Positions 1 to 9,450 of a stretch of 40,443 bases of DNA are shown here, one piece after another. The stretch's first letter is position 1. Each line of letters begins with the position of its first letter. Source of the DNA: a virus (Duplodnaviria; Caudoviricetes); the IMG/VR virus record IMGVR_UViG_3300006641_000060, positions 1 through 40,443 of that record; one strand, written 5' to 3'. The position numbers were made by a program, and so were the translations under genes. The notes beneath the pieces are model-generated. The model ran no database searches and had not been told where the DNA came from. It worked only from the letters and a program-made list of their open reading frames with translations.

Positions 1-178
1 GAACTCCATTTTTTGTGGTTAGTTCCATTCTATAAAGACTTCCATTCCAGAAAACATCTGCGACATATTCCTCACCAACTGATTGTGGTTCTGGTTGGTT
101 GGAATTTATATAAAGATTTCCGTTAAAGTCGCCGGAAATATTTACAGATTCTGAGATGAATTGTTTGAAAGATTTCAT
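1..178 (-). CDS. Partial ORF (truncated by window edge), putative internal head protein with capsid-targeting-like N-terminus
   Basis: Not in track. ATG at 178 overlaps the upstream TGA (ATGA); open to position 1: MKSFKQFISESVNISGDFNGNLYINSNQPEPQSVGEEYVADVFWNGSLYRMELTTKNGV. N-terminus resembles the T4 internal protein signal MKTYQEFIAE. Confidence 0.8.
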   Translation of the reverse strand, partial: MKSFKQFISESVNISGDFNGNLYINSNQPEPQSVGEEYVADVFWNGSLYRMELTTKNGV

Positions 179-342
179 TCTTCCTCGGTTGTTTCTGTAG
201 TTTGGTTAAACATAGAATTTGCAACTAGAGGACGAAAATCATCAATTTTCTCTGCGGATTTTGCAAAGAGAAGTTCTTTAATTTTGTCGCTGATCTGAAT
301 AGGAGATTCGTCGGCAGCAATCATATCTAAAAGATCATCCAT
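175..342 (-). CDS. Small acidic hypothetical protein at the gp67 (prohead core) position
   Basis: Directly downstream of gp20 and a TATAAATA box. ATG at 342 (MDDLLDMIAADESP...) with AAGG upstream is preferred over the track's TTG at 357. Confidence 0.75.
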   Translation of the reverse strand: MDDLLDMIAADESPIQISDKIKELLFAKSAEKIDDFRPLVANSMFNQTTETTEEE

Positions 343-367
343 TTTAATACCTTTCAATAATTTCTTC

Positions 368-375
368 TATTTATA
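368..375 (-). promoter_or_regulatory. T4-type late promoter TATAAATA
   Basis: Exact gp55 late consensus overlapping the gp20 stop codon, upstream of the 175..342 ORF. Confidence 0.75.
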
Positions 376-2047
376 TCTCGCCACCTTTGGGCATTTCTAC
401 TGCTTTTGTTGAAGGATCTGTTATAGAAGCATTAACTTCTGGTTCCATTACCGGTTGTCCCAAATCCATTCCTGCCGTTTCAGGACCTAATGGCATACCA
501 GTTGTTGGATCAACCGGCGCATTTGGATCTGGAATAATTCCATCTTTAATCTCTTTTTTAATAATTTTATCTTGCTCAATGATATCTTCATCAGTTTGTC
601 GAAGAATTTTGCGTCTCACATAATCTTGAGAGAAATACTTACCAACATATGGTTCTGCAATTTGAACCATATTTAATCTTTCATTGAGAAGTTCTGCATC
701 TTTAAGTTCTGCAAAATGATTATCATACAGGAAGTCATATTGAATATGCTCTTCCATAATATTCCAATCTTCTGGAGTAATAATATTTTTGAGAATTAGT
801 TGAGTTTTTAGCATGTCATGGAACATATATGAAAATCTCTTTCTCAAACGAGCAACAAACTTGCTGAATTTGACTTCATCTCGTAAAATTTCTGATGAAC
901 GTCCTAGATTAAATCCGCCTTCACCATCCATTCTTGATGGAGGTACGTTCAAAGAACGATACAATTTCTTTTTAAAATATTCAATATCGGTAATTTCTCC
1001 AAGATTTTGTCCACCAGGAAGAGTAGTAATTTCAGTCCCTCTACCACCTTCACGACGAGGAAGCCAAAAATCTTCAAGCATTGCCATAAACTTTTTGTCA
1101 TCACGAATCTCACCCGTATTTGCATCATATACAAGTTTGTTACGATAACGCATCATAACATCACGAAGATATTGTTCAGCTTTTACCTTGGGGAGGTTGC
1201 CAACATCAATGTAAAAAATTCTTCTCTCTGGTGCGCGAGATAGTCTGTAAATAACAAGAGAATCTTCAATCATTCGCAGCTGATTGAGAGACTTAATTGC
1301 TTTATGGAGATATGAAAGTGTCGATCCTTTATTTCTATCAACAAGACCAGATGTACAATAGGTAATAGAGTCCTTCGACATTTTTATACCTTGTGATCCA
1401 CCCATAGAAGATGGGTTTCCTGTTGGGTAAGTCATTTTTGGACTATAAATGAAATATTCCTCAATTTGAGGAAATTCAAAGTCCATTGGATTATCACTAT
1501 TAATGTTTGATAGTCTATACTTATCTTTTGGATCTTTTTTTTGCTGCCTCACATAACGCATTTTCATTGGATCAATGTAACGAAGTTCTTGAATTCCTTC
1601 GTGTGGATTTTTGATGTCAATTACTTTGTGATAGTATAATCTCCCGTCAATATACCAGTTTCTATAAATTTCATGAGATTTTTTATCAAAATCTAAAAGG
1701 GAAAGAATATATTTAAACTCCTGCCTTATTTTCTTTTTGATACCATCACTTGCATTTAGATTTGAAAGTTCAATTTCTATAGGAGTATCATTAGTGTCCG
1801 ATACTATTGCTTCGTTTACAATATCTTCAATAGCACTATCACACTCTGGGTGAAGGGCCATTTCACGATATCTTTTAATCAAATCAAATTCAGTTCTATA
1901 AACACCCTCAATATCTACATAAGAACCAAAAAAACCACTACTTAGGTAGTGGTCAGTTGAATCCTCATTATTTGGAGGAACTGGACTGACCACTCCAGGA
2001 GACAGTGGTTCATCATTTTCTATTGAAAATCCAAATAATTTTGCCAT
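371..2047 (-). CDS. gp20: Portal vertex protein
   Basis: Hallmark motifs YLHKAIKSLNQLRMIEDSLVIYRLSRAPERRIFYIDVGNLPK and EDFWLPRREGGRGTEITTLPGG; follows gp19. Confidence 0.99.
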   Translation of the reverse strand: MAKLFGFSIENDEPLSPGVVSPVPPNNEDSTDHYLSSGFFGSYVDIEGVYRTEFDLIKRYREMALHPECDSAIEDIVNEAIVSDTNDTPIEIELSNLNASDGIKKKIRQEFKYILSLLDFDKKSHEIYRNWYIDGRLYYHKVIDIKNPHEGIQELRYIDPMKMRYVRQQKKDPKDKYRLSNINSDNPMDFEFPQIEEYFIYSPKMTYPTGNPSSMGGSQGIKMSKDSITYCTSGLVDRNKGSTLSYLHKAIKSLNQLRMIEDSLVIYRLSRAPERRIFYIDVGNLPKVKAEQYLRDVMMRYRNKLVYDANTGEIRDDKKFMAMLEDFWLPRREGGRGTEITTLPGGQNLGEITDIEYFKKKLYRSLNVPPSRMDGEGGFNLGRSSEILRDEVKFSKFVARLRKRFSYMFHDMLKTQLILKNIITPEDWNIMEEHIQYDFLYDNHFAELKDAELLNERLNMVQIAEPYVGKYFSQDYVRRKILRQTDEDIIEQDKIIKKEIKDGIIPDPNAPVDPTTGMPLGPETAGMDLGQPVMEPEVNASITDPSTKAVEMPKGGEI

Positions 2048-2072
2048 AATTTATTATTTTTATGTTATAGAG

Positions 2073-2080
2073 TATTTATT
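2073..2080 (-). promoter_or_regulatory. Late promoter AATAAATA
   Basis: 7/8 match to TATAAATA about 25 nt upstream of the gp20 start. Confidence 0.65.
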
Positions 2081-2678
2081 ACGATTGATTTCTAACGGGT
2101 TCTGGTGCCCAGTATTGAACTTGGAAATCTACAGTAAACTCTTCTATTGTATCTGAACTATCATATGATAGATCAATTGCCGAAATACTAGTTGGGAAAA
2201 TGCTATAAAACTTATAGACCTTCGCAATATCAAGACCAGATCCTGTTGCATTTGGATTTGAGGAAGTGCTAAGAGTACTTCCTTTATCACCTCTCTTAAA
2301 TTGTTTTACAGTAGCATCTACCATATAACTGGCAGGATTAGTAAAACCGCTTGCATCTGCATATTGTCCAATAGACTGCATCCAAGATTCCATAGTAGTT
2401 CTAATTGCAAAGTCTTGATCATTAATTACCGTGATTGTCCAAGTGTCAAATGTTCTATCTCCAGCAACTTTAAAAATTCTTCCTCTGAATGGTACATCAA
2501 TTGAAGCAATATTTGATGCCGGTAAAGCAGCTGATTTGCAGAGGATGGAAAATTTTCCATCCTCATATTTTTCATCTGGATCAATTGTAGTTGGAAGAGT
2601 TAAATCTACCTGAAATAAATTTGGGCGAGCCCCTCCACCCGAAAGAGCTGATTTAAAGTCATTAATAGAATGTGCCAT
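2079..2678 (-). CDS. gp19: Tail tube protein
   Basis: GGGARPNLF, LPAS...VPFRGR...AGDRTFDTWTITVIND, FPTSISAIDLSYD, IEEFTVDFQVQYW; strong AGGAGG RBS; lies between gp18 and gp20. Confidence 0.97.
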   Translation of the reverse strand: MAHSINDFKSALSGGGARPNLFQVDLTLPTTIDPDEKYEDGKFSILCKSAALPASNIASIDVPFRGRIFKVAGDRTFDTWTITVINDQDFAIRTTMESWMQSIGQYADASGFTNPASYMVDATVKQFKRGDKGSTLSTSSNPNATGSGLDIAKVYKFYSIFPTSISAIDLSYDSSDTIEEFTVDFQVQYWAPEPVRNQS

Positions 2679-2711
2679 TTTTAGTTCCTCCTTTTGTTTT
2701 TAAAAAATAAA

Positions 2712-4955
2712 TCAAACTCTACCAGCAACTTCTTCAAAGCTTACCCCAGTTCTGGTAGCAACGAAGGTTAGAGTAATATAATTAATTGATTTAGTTGGTT
2801 TTAAATAAATATCAGCTCTAAATTCATTGTTATCGACAACATCAGGAGTGTTGTTTGAGCTATCGCAAACAACTAAGAATCCATAAAGACCTCTTTTTGC
2901 TTGAATGTCTCTTAAATATGGCTCAACAATATTTTTAAAATTGGCTCTTGTAATTTCATCATTAATTTCAAATAATTGAGCTCTTGCTGCTCTTTGGAGA
3001 GACTGTTCAATCGTTAAGAAAAGTCTTCTTACATTGATTCTATCAAAAGCAGATGAGTAAGAGAGTGCAGTTTTGTCTCCAAAAAGAAGAATTCCCGATC
3101 CAGGTTGATTGACTATAGAATTTACTCTTAATGGATATAATTGATCTCTTTGTGCTTTATTTGGATTGTATGCAAGTTTAATTGCATTATTTAAAACACC
3201 TCTTTGTTGCCCAGCTGGAGAGAACCAAGGATATGCAACAATCCCTGTTCTAACCATTAAACCAGCAATATCTGCATTACAAGGAATATATCTAAATTTA
3301 TTGTTAAATCTATCATAAGTGTATTTGTATCCACTATCAAAAATGGCATATGATGAGGAGGACAGAGGACTAAAGAATTGAATTACATTATCAGTTTGAG
3401 TTGCTGAATTAGTTATTGGACCAAATCCCTCTGTGGCACTTCCAACCAATAAATCTGAGCGATGTGGAGAAATGGTTGCAATACAGTCTTTTCTTTGCTC
3501 CGCAATAGAAATTAAATAATTTGCTTTTGCTTGAGAATCACCTTTATTGGTAAGTCCAGGACCCATTATTAAGTAATCAACTTGAACTTCATCTGAATTT
3601 GAGAAAAGACCATATGAAGTTACAAGATCTCCAAGTGTTGATGACATTCCATTTGCCGAGGAATAATCAACTCCTCCGGTTAAAGTATAACCAGCATTTC
3701 CAATAACACTAAATGTTACTCCTTGGGCAGGTCTATTCCACAATCCATTTGCAGTTGTTATGCCAGTGAATGAATTAGAGAAAGCAGATGGCGATACAAA
3801 TCCATTAGATCCTGTTGATGGATTGTGTCCGGCATAAACATAACTTGAATTTAAAGCAAGATAATCCTTCCAGAATATCTTTTCGGGAGAATCTTCTCCA
3901 GAAACAGCATCAGTTGCCTTTGAAAGATTTAAGTGCTTTTCTAAAAGATTTCCTTGAACTCCCGTCACTGAACCAGTATCATCAATAACCACAACATGGA
4001 GAGCATCATTTTTCCCATTTCTGGATAATGAATAATTATTGGAAACGGGTTTTGGAGCAATTGATTTCCAATATAAAGTTGAGTTTGTTAAAGATAAAGT
4101 TTGCTGATCATACCAATCAACAACACCATTTGTTGGGATCGTATAAGATGCATTTTGTTCGGCACCCGAATTGTTTAAAATTGATATTGAAGTTCCGGAT
4201 TTAAAGCAGAATCCATCATTTCCTGGTGCATAACTAATCGGAGTTTCGGTTCCAGTAGAACTTACTCTTGATAATATTTTTACATCTATTGAAAGTGGAT
4301 CAGTAACTCCTATGCCAGGATTGAGACTTCCGCCAGATGTGGTAATACCAGTTACAATTGCCTTTAAATATCCAGTAAAACTAGAAGTAGTACCTACTCC
4401 AGCAATAGTTATATTTGATAATGATACGGATACTCCATACCCAATTTTAATATCGTCACCAGCACCTCCATCAATAGATATTGTGCTTGTATTTATTGTT
4501 TGATCTGCTTTATCATCAATCAAACAAACTTTAAGATTATTAGTCCAAGTTCCTGGAGTCTTTGCTGCAAATCCCCAAGTAACAGTATCATTAGAATATG
4601 ATGAATTATAATCATCAAAATTTTTAATTTTAAGTGTTGATGAGGAAGTTCCGCTTCTATTTGAATTGGCGTTTCTTAAAGTACTTCCATCAGTTCTCAC
4701 AACCTTAAGAATTCCTCCATATGAAAGGAATGATGACGCACTCATCCAATACTCATATTGTCCATCTGTTGAAATTGGCTTTCCAAAAGTATTGATCAAT
4801 TCTTGTTCAGTTGTAATATCAATTACCTCATTTACCGGTCCAATTCTGAAAGGTCCAGCAATTGCACCAATATTATCTATTACATTATCAGCTCTTCCTA
4901 CAGTTAAATCAACCTCTCTGACTAATATGCCTGGAGATAATTGAGGAGTCGCCAT
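2712..4955 (-). CDS. gp18: Contractile tail sheath protein
   Basis: N-terminal LSPGILVREVDLT; C-terminal PWFSPAG, GDKT, FDRINVRRLF, LFEINDEITR, VVCDSSNNTP. Confidence 0.98.
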   Translation of the reverse strand: MATPQLSPGILVREVDLTVGRADNVIDNIGAIAGPFRIGPVNEVIDITTEQELINTFGKPISTDGQYEYWMSASSFLSYGGILKVVRTDGSTLRNANSNRSGTSSSTLKIKNFDDYNSSYSNDTVTWGFAAKTPGTWTNNLKVCLIDDKADQTINTSTISIDGGAGDDIKIGYGVSVSLSNITIAGVGTTSSFTGYLKAIVTGITTSGGSLNPGIGVTDPLSIDVKILSRVSSTGTETPISYAPGNDGFCFKSGTSISILNNSGAEQNASYTIPTNGVVDWYDQQTLSLTNSTLYWKSIAPKPVSNNYSLSRNGKNDALHVVVIDDTGSVTGVQGNLLEKHLNLSKATDAVSGEDSPEKIFWKDYLALNSSYVYAGHNPSTGSNGFVSPSAFSNSFTGITTANGLWNRPAQGVTFSVIGNAGYTLTGGVDYSSANGMSSTLGDLVTSYGLFSNSDEVQVDYLIMGPGLTNKGDSQAKANYLISIAEQRKDCIATISPHRSDLLVGSATEGFGPITNSATQTDNVIQFFSPLSSSSYAIFDSGYKYTYDRFNNKFRYIPCNADIAGLMVRTGIVAYPWFSPAGQQRGVLNNAIKLAYNPNKAQRDQLYPLRVNSIVNQPGSGILLFGDKTALSYSSAFDRINVRRLFLTIEQSLQRAARAQLFEINDEITRANFKNIVEPYLRDIQAKRGLYGFLVVCDSSNNTPDVVDNNEFRADIYLKPTKSINYITLTFVATRTGVSFEEVAGRV

Positions 4956-4990
4956 GTTTTTCTCCGTAAAGTCTCAGTTTATCTAAAAAT

Positions 4991-4998
4991 TATTTATT
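4991..4998 (-). promoter_or_regulatory. Late promoter AATAAATA
   Basis: Intergenic, about 35 nt upstream of the gp18 ATG. Confidence 0.65.
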
Positions 4999-5039
4999 AA
5001 AAAATTACTTTACAGGGGGGAAATTGGACGTGAATGAAA

Positions 5040-5270
5040 CTACCAATCTGGATATTGCCATTCTGTAGATAATGAATAGTTTTTTCTTTTTTTAGTAACT
5101 CTTTTTACAGTGCATTCTTTACATTCATATGAATATGATGACGATACTGGACCTCTATCTTTTCTTGTTCTATAAAATTCATCAATTAAGTTTTTAATTT
5201 GACCACAAGTTCTACATTTTCTATCAGCAAGTAATAAATGACTTAATTTTATCTGTTTGTCCAATTCCAT
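5040..5270 (-). CDS. Small zinc-ribbon protein (CxxC...CxxC)
   Basis: CRTC and CKEC pairs; start abuts the gp17 stop; same strand as the operon. Confidence 0.8.
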   Translation of the reverse strand: MELDKQIKLSHLLLADRKCRTCGQIKNLIDEFYRTRKDRGPVSSSYSYECKECTVKRVTKKRKNYSLSTEWQYPDW

Positions 5271-6920
5271 CTACATATATTCCCACATATAAGAGCGATC
5301 TCCGTATTCGTCAACAAACCATCTATCACCATCAACATCAACAAAAGTACTACTATCTAAACCATCAGATATAAATCCAAACGGTGACATATCTTGCTCA
5401 ATTTGATTTTTTTGTTCTTCATATAATCTTTTTCTTACATCTTGATCTGTTAACTCTTTAAAATAATCTTGAGCAACTAACCAAGCATAGATTACTAAAC
5501 ACATCGCAAGATCATCATTACAACCCTCTTCAGCCTCAAATGAATTGTGTTTTTGAATAAATGTTGTGAGTTCGCTAATAATCTCATAATCATTGAGTAG
5601 TAATTTACTTTCTTCAATCATTGTTTTGAGATTAAGACATCCGACTTTTTTAACAGTTTTAGACATTTTAACGCCTAATTGAGTCTTCTTTCCACTAAAT
5701 CCCTGTCCAACAATTTGACCTGCTCTTCCTCGCATAGAACACATTAGAAGATTGCTGTATTCTAAATCATATTGAAGAATACTTGCTACTTGATCTCCAA
5801 CATCATTTACTTCACATAAAATATACGCTTTATTATAAGCAGTCGCTGCTTCATGAATTATACTTGGAAAAAGCATTGGTTTTATTTCATTATTTCTATA
5901 TTTCGCAACAACTTTGTGAGGAAACTCTGTAATGTCTATGACTGTGAATGCTGAATAGTCGTTCCCAACACCTCTAGCAACGTCTACAGTGACAAGATAA
6001 TCGTGATTTTCTTGGGGATCTGCATAAACATCTAAACCTGCGCTACGTGTCTTGGGCGCATCATAGACAAGCGTTCTGAGTTTAGATGGTGCAATTAAAG
6101 TATCTACAGATCCTAAGAATTCGCATTCAAACTCAACTTTAAACTGAGATTCGCTGGTATTTGCAATAGTTTGCTTTTTCCATTCCTCATCTCTACCTGG
6201 AACCTCACTCCAATGAACATCTGTATAGACATATTCATTTTTTCCTTTTTCGGCATCATGCCACATGCGGTAGAAATGATTCATACCGTGTGGTGTAGAA
6301 ACAATAATTACTTTTGTTTGCTTTCCTGAAGTAATCGTAGGATATACCGATGCAAAGAATGAATCTGCAATGTGATTTGGGACGAACGCAAATTCATCCA
6401 AAAATAAGATATTGAATGACATACCACGAACCGCAGAAGCAGAAGTAGAAGCAGCCAAGATTTTACTTCCATTTTCCAATTCCAAAGATCCTTTATTCCA
6501 AGAAACAATTCCCTGCTGCATCCACTTGGGTAAATTTTCATATGCGGTTTGCAACCTATCTAATAGTTCTCTTGCAGTTGCTGCTTTGTTTGCCAGAATA
6601 CCAATGTTTACATTATCATTAAATACAGCATAATGTAAAAGAAATGCCACAACAGTAGTAGACTTACCGGTCTGTCTAGGCATCTTACAGATATTAAATC
6701 TGTGTTTGTGGAAATTTGTGATTAATTTTTCTTGAAAATGATATGGTTTAAATGTCTGCAAACCATGATCAAGAGTAACAATTTTTACATAATTATTTGC
6801 AAAATAAACCGGATCATTCATGCACTTGACAATCTCAAGAACCTGATCTTCAGTAAATTCGTGAGTAGTATTTGCCTTCTTTAATAAAGGATTACCAAGA
6901 TATACATCATTATTTGCCAT
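5271..6920 (-). CDS. gp17: Terminase large subunit
   Basis: Walker A MPRQTGKST, Walker B ILFLDEFAF, coupling motif IIVSTP, nuclease motifs VDVARGVGNDYS and NDDLAM. Confidence 0.99.
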   Translation of the reverse strand: MANNDVYLGNPLLKKANTTHEFTEDQVLEIVKCMNDPVYFANNYVKIVTLDHGLQTFKPYHFQEKLITNFHKHRFNICKMPRQTGKSTTVVAFLLHYAVFNDNVNIGILANKAATARELLDRLQTAYENLPKWMQQGIVSWNKGSLELENGSKILAASTSASAVRGMSFNILFLDEFAFVPNHIADSFFASVYPTITSGKQTKVIIVSTPHGMNHFYRMWHDAEKGKNEYVYTDVHWSEVPGRDEEWKKQTIANTSESQFKVEFECEFLGSVDTLIAPSKLRTLVYDAPKTRSAGLDVYADPQENHDYLVTVDVARGVGNDYSAFTVIDITEFPHKVVAKYRNNEIKPMLFPSIIHEAATAYNKAYILCEVNDVGDQVASILQYDLEYSNLLMCSMRGRAGQIVGQGFSGKKTQLGVKMSKTVKKVGCLNLKTMIEESKLLLNDYEIISELTTFIQKHNSFEAEEGCNDDLAMCLVIYAWLVAQDYFKELTDQDVRKRLYEEQKNQIEQDMSPFGFISDGLDSSTFVDVDGDRWFVDEYGDRSYMWEYM

Positions 6921-6936
6921 AACAAATCCTCAATTA

Positions 6937-8868
6937 TCAGTTACAATTCCAGCGACGTAGTGCTTTATTAATTCTAGAATCTGGATCTCTTGCAGTCTCT
7001 GCTGACGTATTTTTTGCTTTGTGACCTTTCATTCTGCTGCAAAATGACTTGCGACGAGATGCTCTTTTTCCTGTTGGATTTTTTTCAGTTACCGCAGTTT
7101 GAAGTTTTGAATCTTTATTTTGGCGGCGATATTCATCAACTGCTGCTTGACTCATACCATCAGTTTTATCTTTACGATTTACAGATTGCCAATCTTCCCC
7201 CATAGTTTTTACATAATTCTTTGATGGTCCTAATTTTGCCCCACTCCCTCCTTGAGGTCCTACCATTTGAATTAATGGTTGTCCTAGTTGAATTTCAGAA
7301 ATTGAATGATAAAGAACTACAGATCCTGGATAAACTTTCTGAAGTTCATCAGAAATTTCTTTTTTAGATGGAGTTTTTACTTGAGGAAAAAACATTTTAA
7401 GAGAATAATATTTTCCTCTCCAAGAAAGAGTAACGCCAATTACATTTCCAGTTTGTGCTTGAAGACGAGTTGCTTCATCTACTTGAGATTTAAAACCTTT
7501 TATTGGTTCTGGTTTTATAATATCAATGACTTCTGCAAAAGTGTTTCCATCAGCATCTTCAATCGTCACATCTTCTTTCTTTACACAAGAACCTTTTGCA
7601 AATTCTGGTGTTCCTTTTTTTCTTTTATAACCAGTCCAGCACTTTTCATCCAATATTTCATTTGTAATTTTATCAACTAAAGAAGGTTCATAACCAGCAT
7701 TAATATTTCTAATACTAGTATCTCCCCTCCTCACCAAAGGCATCTTTGGTTCTTGTCTTTTATTTTCTGCTGCTTGTCTTTCACCTTCAGTAGATCCTTG
7801 TTGAGAAAGATTTCTAATGTGTGTAGAACGTCTAGAAAATCTCAGATCTTTAGGGTCTATTTTTTCTGGCATCTTAAATGCCTCATCTACATCACTTTCT
7901 CCACTTGCAACATAATCAGCAGCTGTGTCAATGTAATCTGCAGCTTTAGTAATTTTTGATTGAACCCATGCTTCCAAAGAACCTTCACCCTTACCAACTT
8001 TTGCTTTGAGTCTTTTTACAGCATCTTCAATAGTTTTCAGTTCTGATCTTGCCATTGAATATTCTTCATCTTTTACCGAGACTTTATCCCACGCTTTTTC
8101 CCCATAAGAGCATTCGGACCTTGTTTCTCTTTTATTACATAAAGGGCAATATCTCTCCTCTTCGTGCATAGTTGCCTCCGATTTAGTTCCCCAATTTGCA
8201 GCACCAACCCTACGACACTTTACAAGTGCTCCTGAAGCATATGCACTGGGCCAAACATCATATCTGGACTTTACTTTATTATAACAAGCATCTTTTTTGC
8301 CTTCTTTTTTCTTTTCTTGTAAATCCATTTCTTCAGTTCTTACGTTGGTTGGTTTTGCAGCACCAGTCTTCTTTGGTTGATTTGGATCTTTTCTATTTTT
8401 TCTTCTAAATGCCATATCCTCTTCTTCATCCGATAGATTTGCCGCCATTTTAGAACTTCCACATTTTGGTGTAGAAGTTTGTCCTGGTTGACGAGCGCAA
8501 GGAGCACCAGCAAAAGGTCCTCCAATTTGTTTCCAACCTGGCACCTTTTTCCCCGTTTTTGGATCTTTTCCGCTTGATTTTTTAAACCAATCCCGAAGAG
8601 TTTCGTCACCAGATTTTGTTTCTTCTTTCATATCTTTAAATTTTTTATGATGCTTTTTAGCATCTGCCTCCATTTTTTTCAAACGAGTATAATAATCTGG
8701 AATTTCATCTAGATGTTGAAGAGCAATATCTCTAGCAAGTTCATGATCTTGTGTGTGTTCATGCTCAATAGGTTCTCCCATATCAAGTTGCTTCTGTATG
8801 AAAGAAACATCAAGACGATGCTTCTTTGCAATTTGCTCAACTGTTTTATGTGACTTGATTTTGGGCAT
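6937..8868 (-). CDS. 643-aa mosaic charged protein, putative internal head (poly)protein
   Basis: Long ORF between gp16 and gp17 built of short K/R-rich modules separated by hydrophobic-X-E motifs. Confidence 0.75.
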   Translation of the reverse strand: MPKIKSHKTVEQIAKKHRLDVSFIQKQLDMGEPIEHEHTQDHELARDIALQHLDEIPDYYTRLKKMEADAKKHHKKFKDMKEETKSGDETLRDWFKKSSGKDPKTGKKVPGWKQIGGPFAGAPCARQPGQTSTPKCGSSKMAANLSDEEEDMAFRRKNRKDPNQPKKTGAAKPTNVRTEEMDLQEKKKEGKKDACYNKVKSRYDVWPSAYASGALVKCRRVGAANWGTKSEATMHEEERYCPLCNKRETRSECSYGEKAWDKVSVKDEEYSMARSELKTIEDAVKRLKAKVGKGEGSLEAWVQSKITKAADYIDTAADYVASGESDVDEAFKMPEKIDPKDLRFSRRSTHIRNLSQQGSTEGERQAAENKRQEPKMPLVRRGDTSIRNINAGYEPSLVDKITNEILDEKCWTGYKRKKGTPEFAKGSCVKKEDVTIEDADGNTFAEVIDIIKPEPIKGFKSQVDEATRLQAQTGNVIGVTLSWRGKYYSLKMFFPQVKTPSKKEISDELQKVYPGSVVLYHSISEIQLGQPLIQMVGPQGGSGAKLGPSKNYVKTMGEDWQSVNRKDKTDGMSQAAVDEYRRQNKDSKLQTAVTEKNPTGKRASRRKSFCSRMKGHKAKNTSAETARDPDSRINKALRRWNCN

Positions 8869-9023
8869 TATTCAACCGGTTTTGATTTAGTATGCTCACC
8901 TTTTGCTCTTTTTCTTCTTCCCGCACAATGAGCACGTTGAGAAAATCCTTTTGGATTTGAGCAATCAATACTCTTTTTATATTTATTACTCCACTCCTCT
9001 TGAAACTGTTTAAAGGTCTTCAT
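8868..9023 (-). CDS. 51-aa basic protein with capsid-targeting-like N-terminus
   Basis: Not in track. MKTFKQFQEEWSNKYKKSIDCSNPKGFSQRAHCAGRRKRAKGEHTKSKPVE; fills the gap after gp16, and its stop overlaps the next ATG (TAATG). Confidence 0.85.
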   Translation of the reverse strand: MKTFKQFQEEWSNKYKKSIDCSNPKGFSQRAHCAGRRKRAKGEHTKSKPVE

Positions 9024-9447
9024 TTTGAGTTTGCTGTTTTAAAAGTTTTGCCAATTCTGCTGTGGAACCTACAAATAAAGCATTATTTACTGTTGTTGGT
9101 CCTTTTTGCTTTTCCTCCTCAACGTCTTTTAATTTCTTTTGGAGATCCATAAGTTTGTCTGTAGCATCAGCAACATTCTTAATAAGTTGTCCAGCAACCT
9201 CATAAGCACGAGGCATTTCACTTTCTTGTGCTAACTCAAGAATTCCATTAATTGCTTCTTGGCCCTTTTCAATAAGGGAATATAAATTTCCTCTTGTATA
9301 ATCATAGTCTTTTCGAATATCATCAACCGTCGATGCTATTTTCTCTATTTTTTCTATAGAGGTGTCTTTTTCTACATTTGATGAAACTATATCGCTAGTA
9401 ACATTAAATGTTTGATTTAAATCATCAAACTTTTTTGACATTTTCAT
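9010..9447 (-). CDS. gp16: Terminase small subunit
   Basis: DYDYTRGNLYSLIEKG, ESEMPRAYEVAGQLIK, NNALFVGSTAEL; follows gp15. Confidence 0.93.
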   Translation of the reverse strand: MKMSKKFDDLNQTFNVTSDIVSSNVEKDTSIEKIEKIASTVDDIRKDYDYTRGNLYSLIEKGQEAINGILELAQESEMPRAYEVAGQLIKNVADATDKLMDLQKKLKDVEEEKQKGPTTVNNALFVGSTAELAKLLKQQTQNEDL

Positions 9448-9450
9448 ATC

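Noticed and set aside
371-6920. Introns or inteins in gp17, gp18 or gp20
   Set aside because: The ORFs are continuous, of ordinary length, and I saw no intein splice motifs or homing endonuclease domains.
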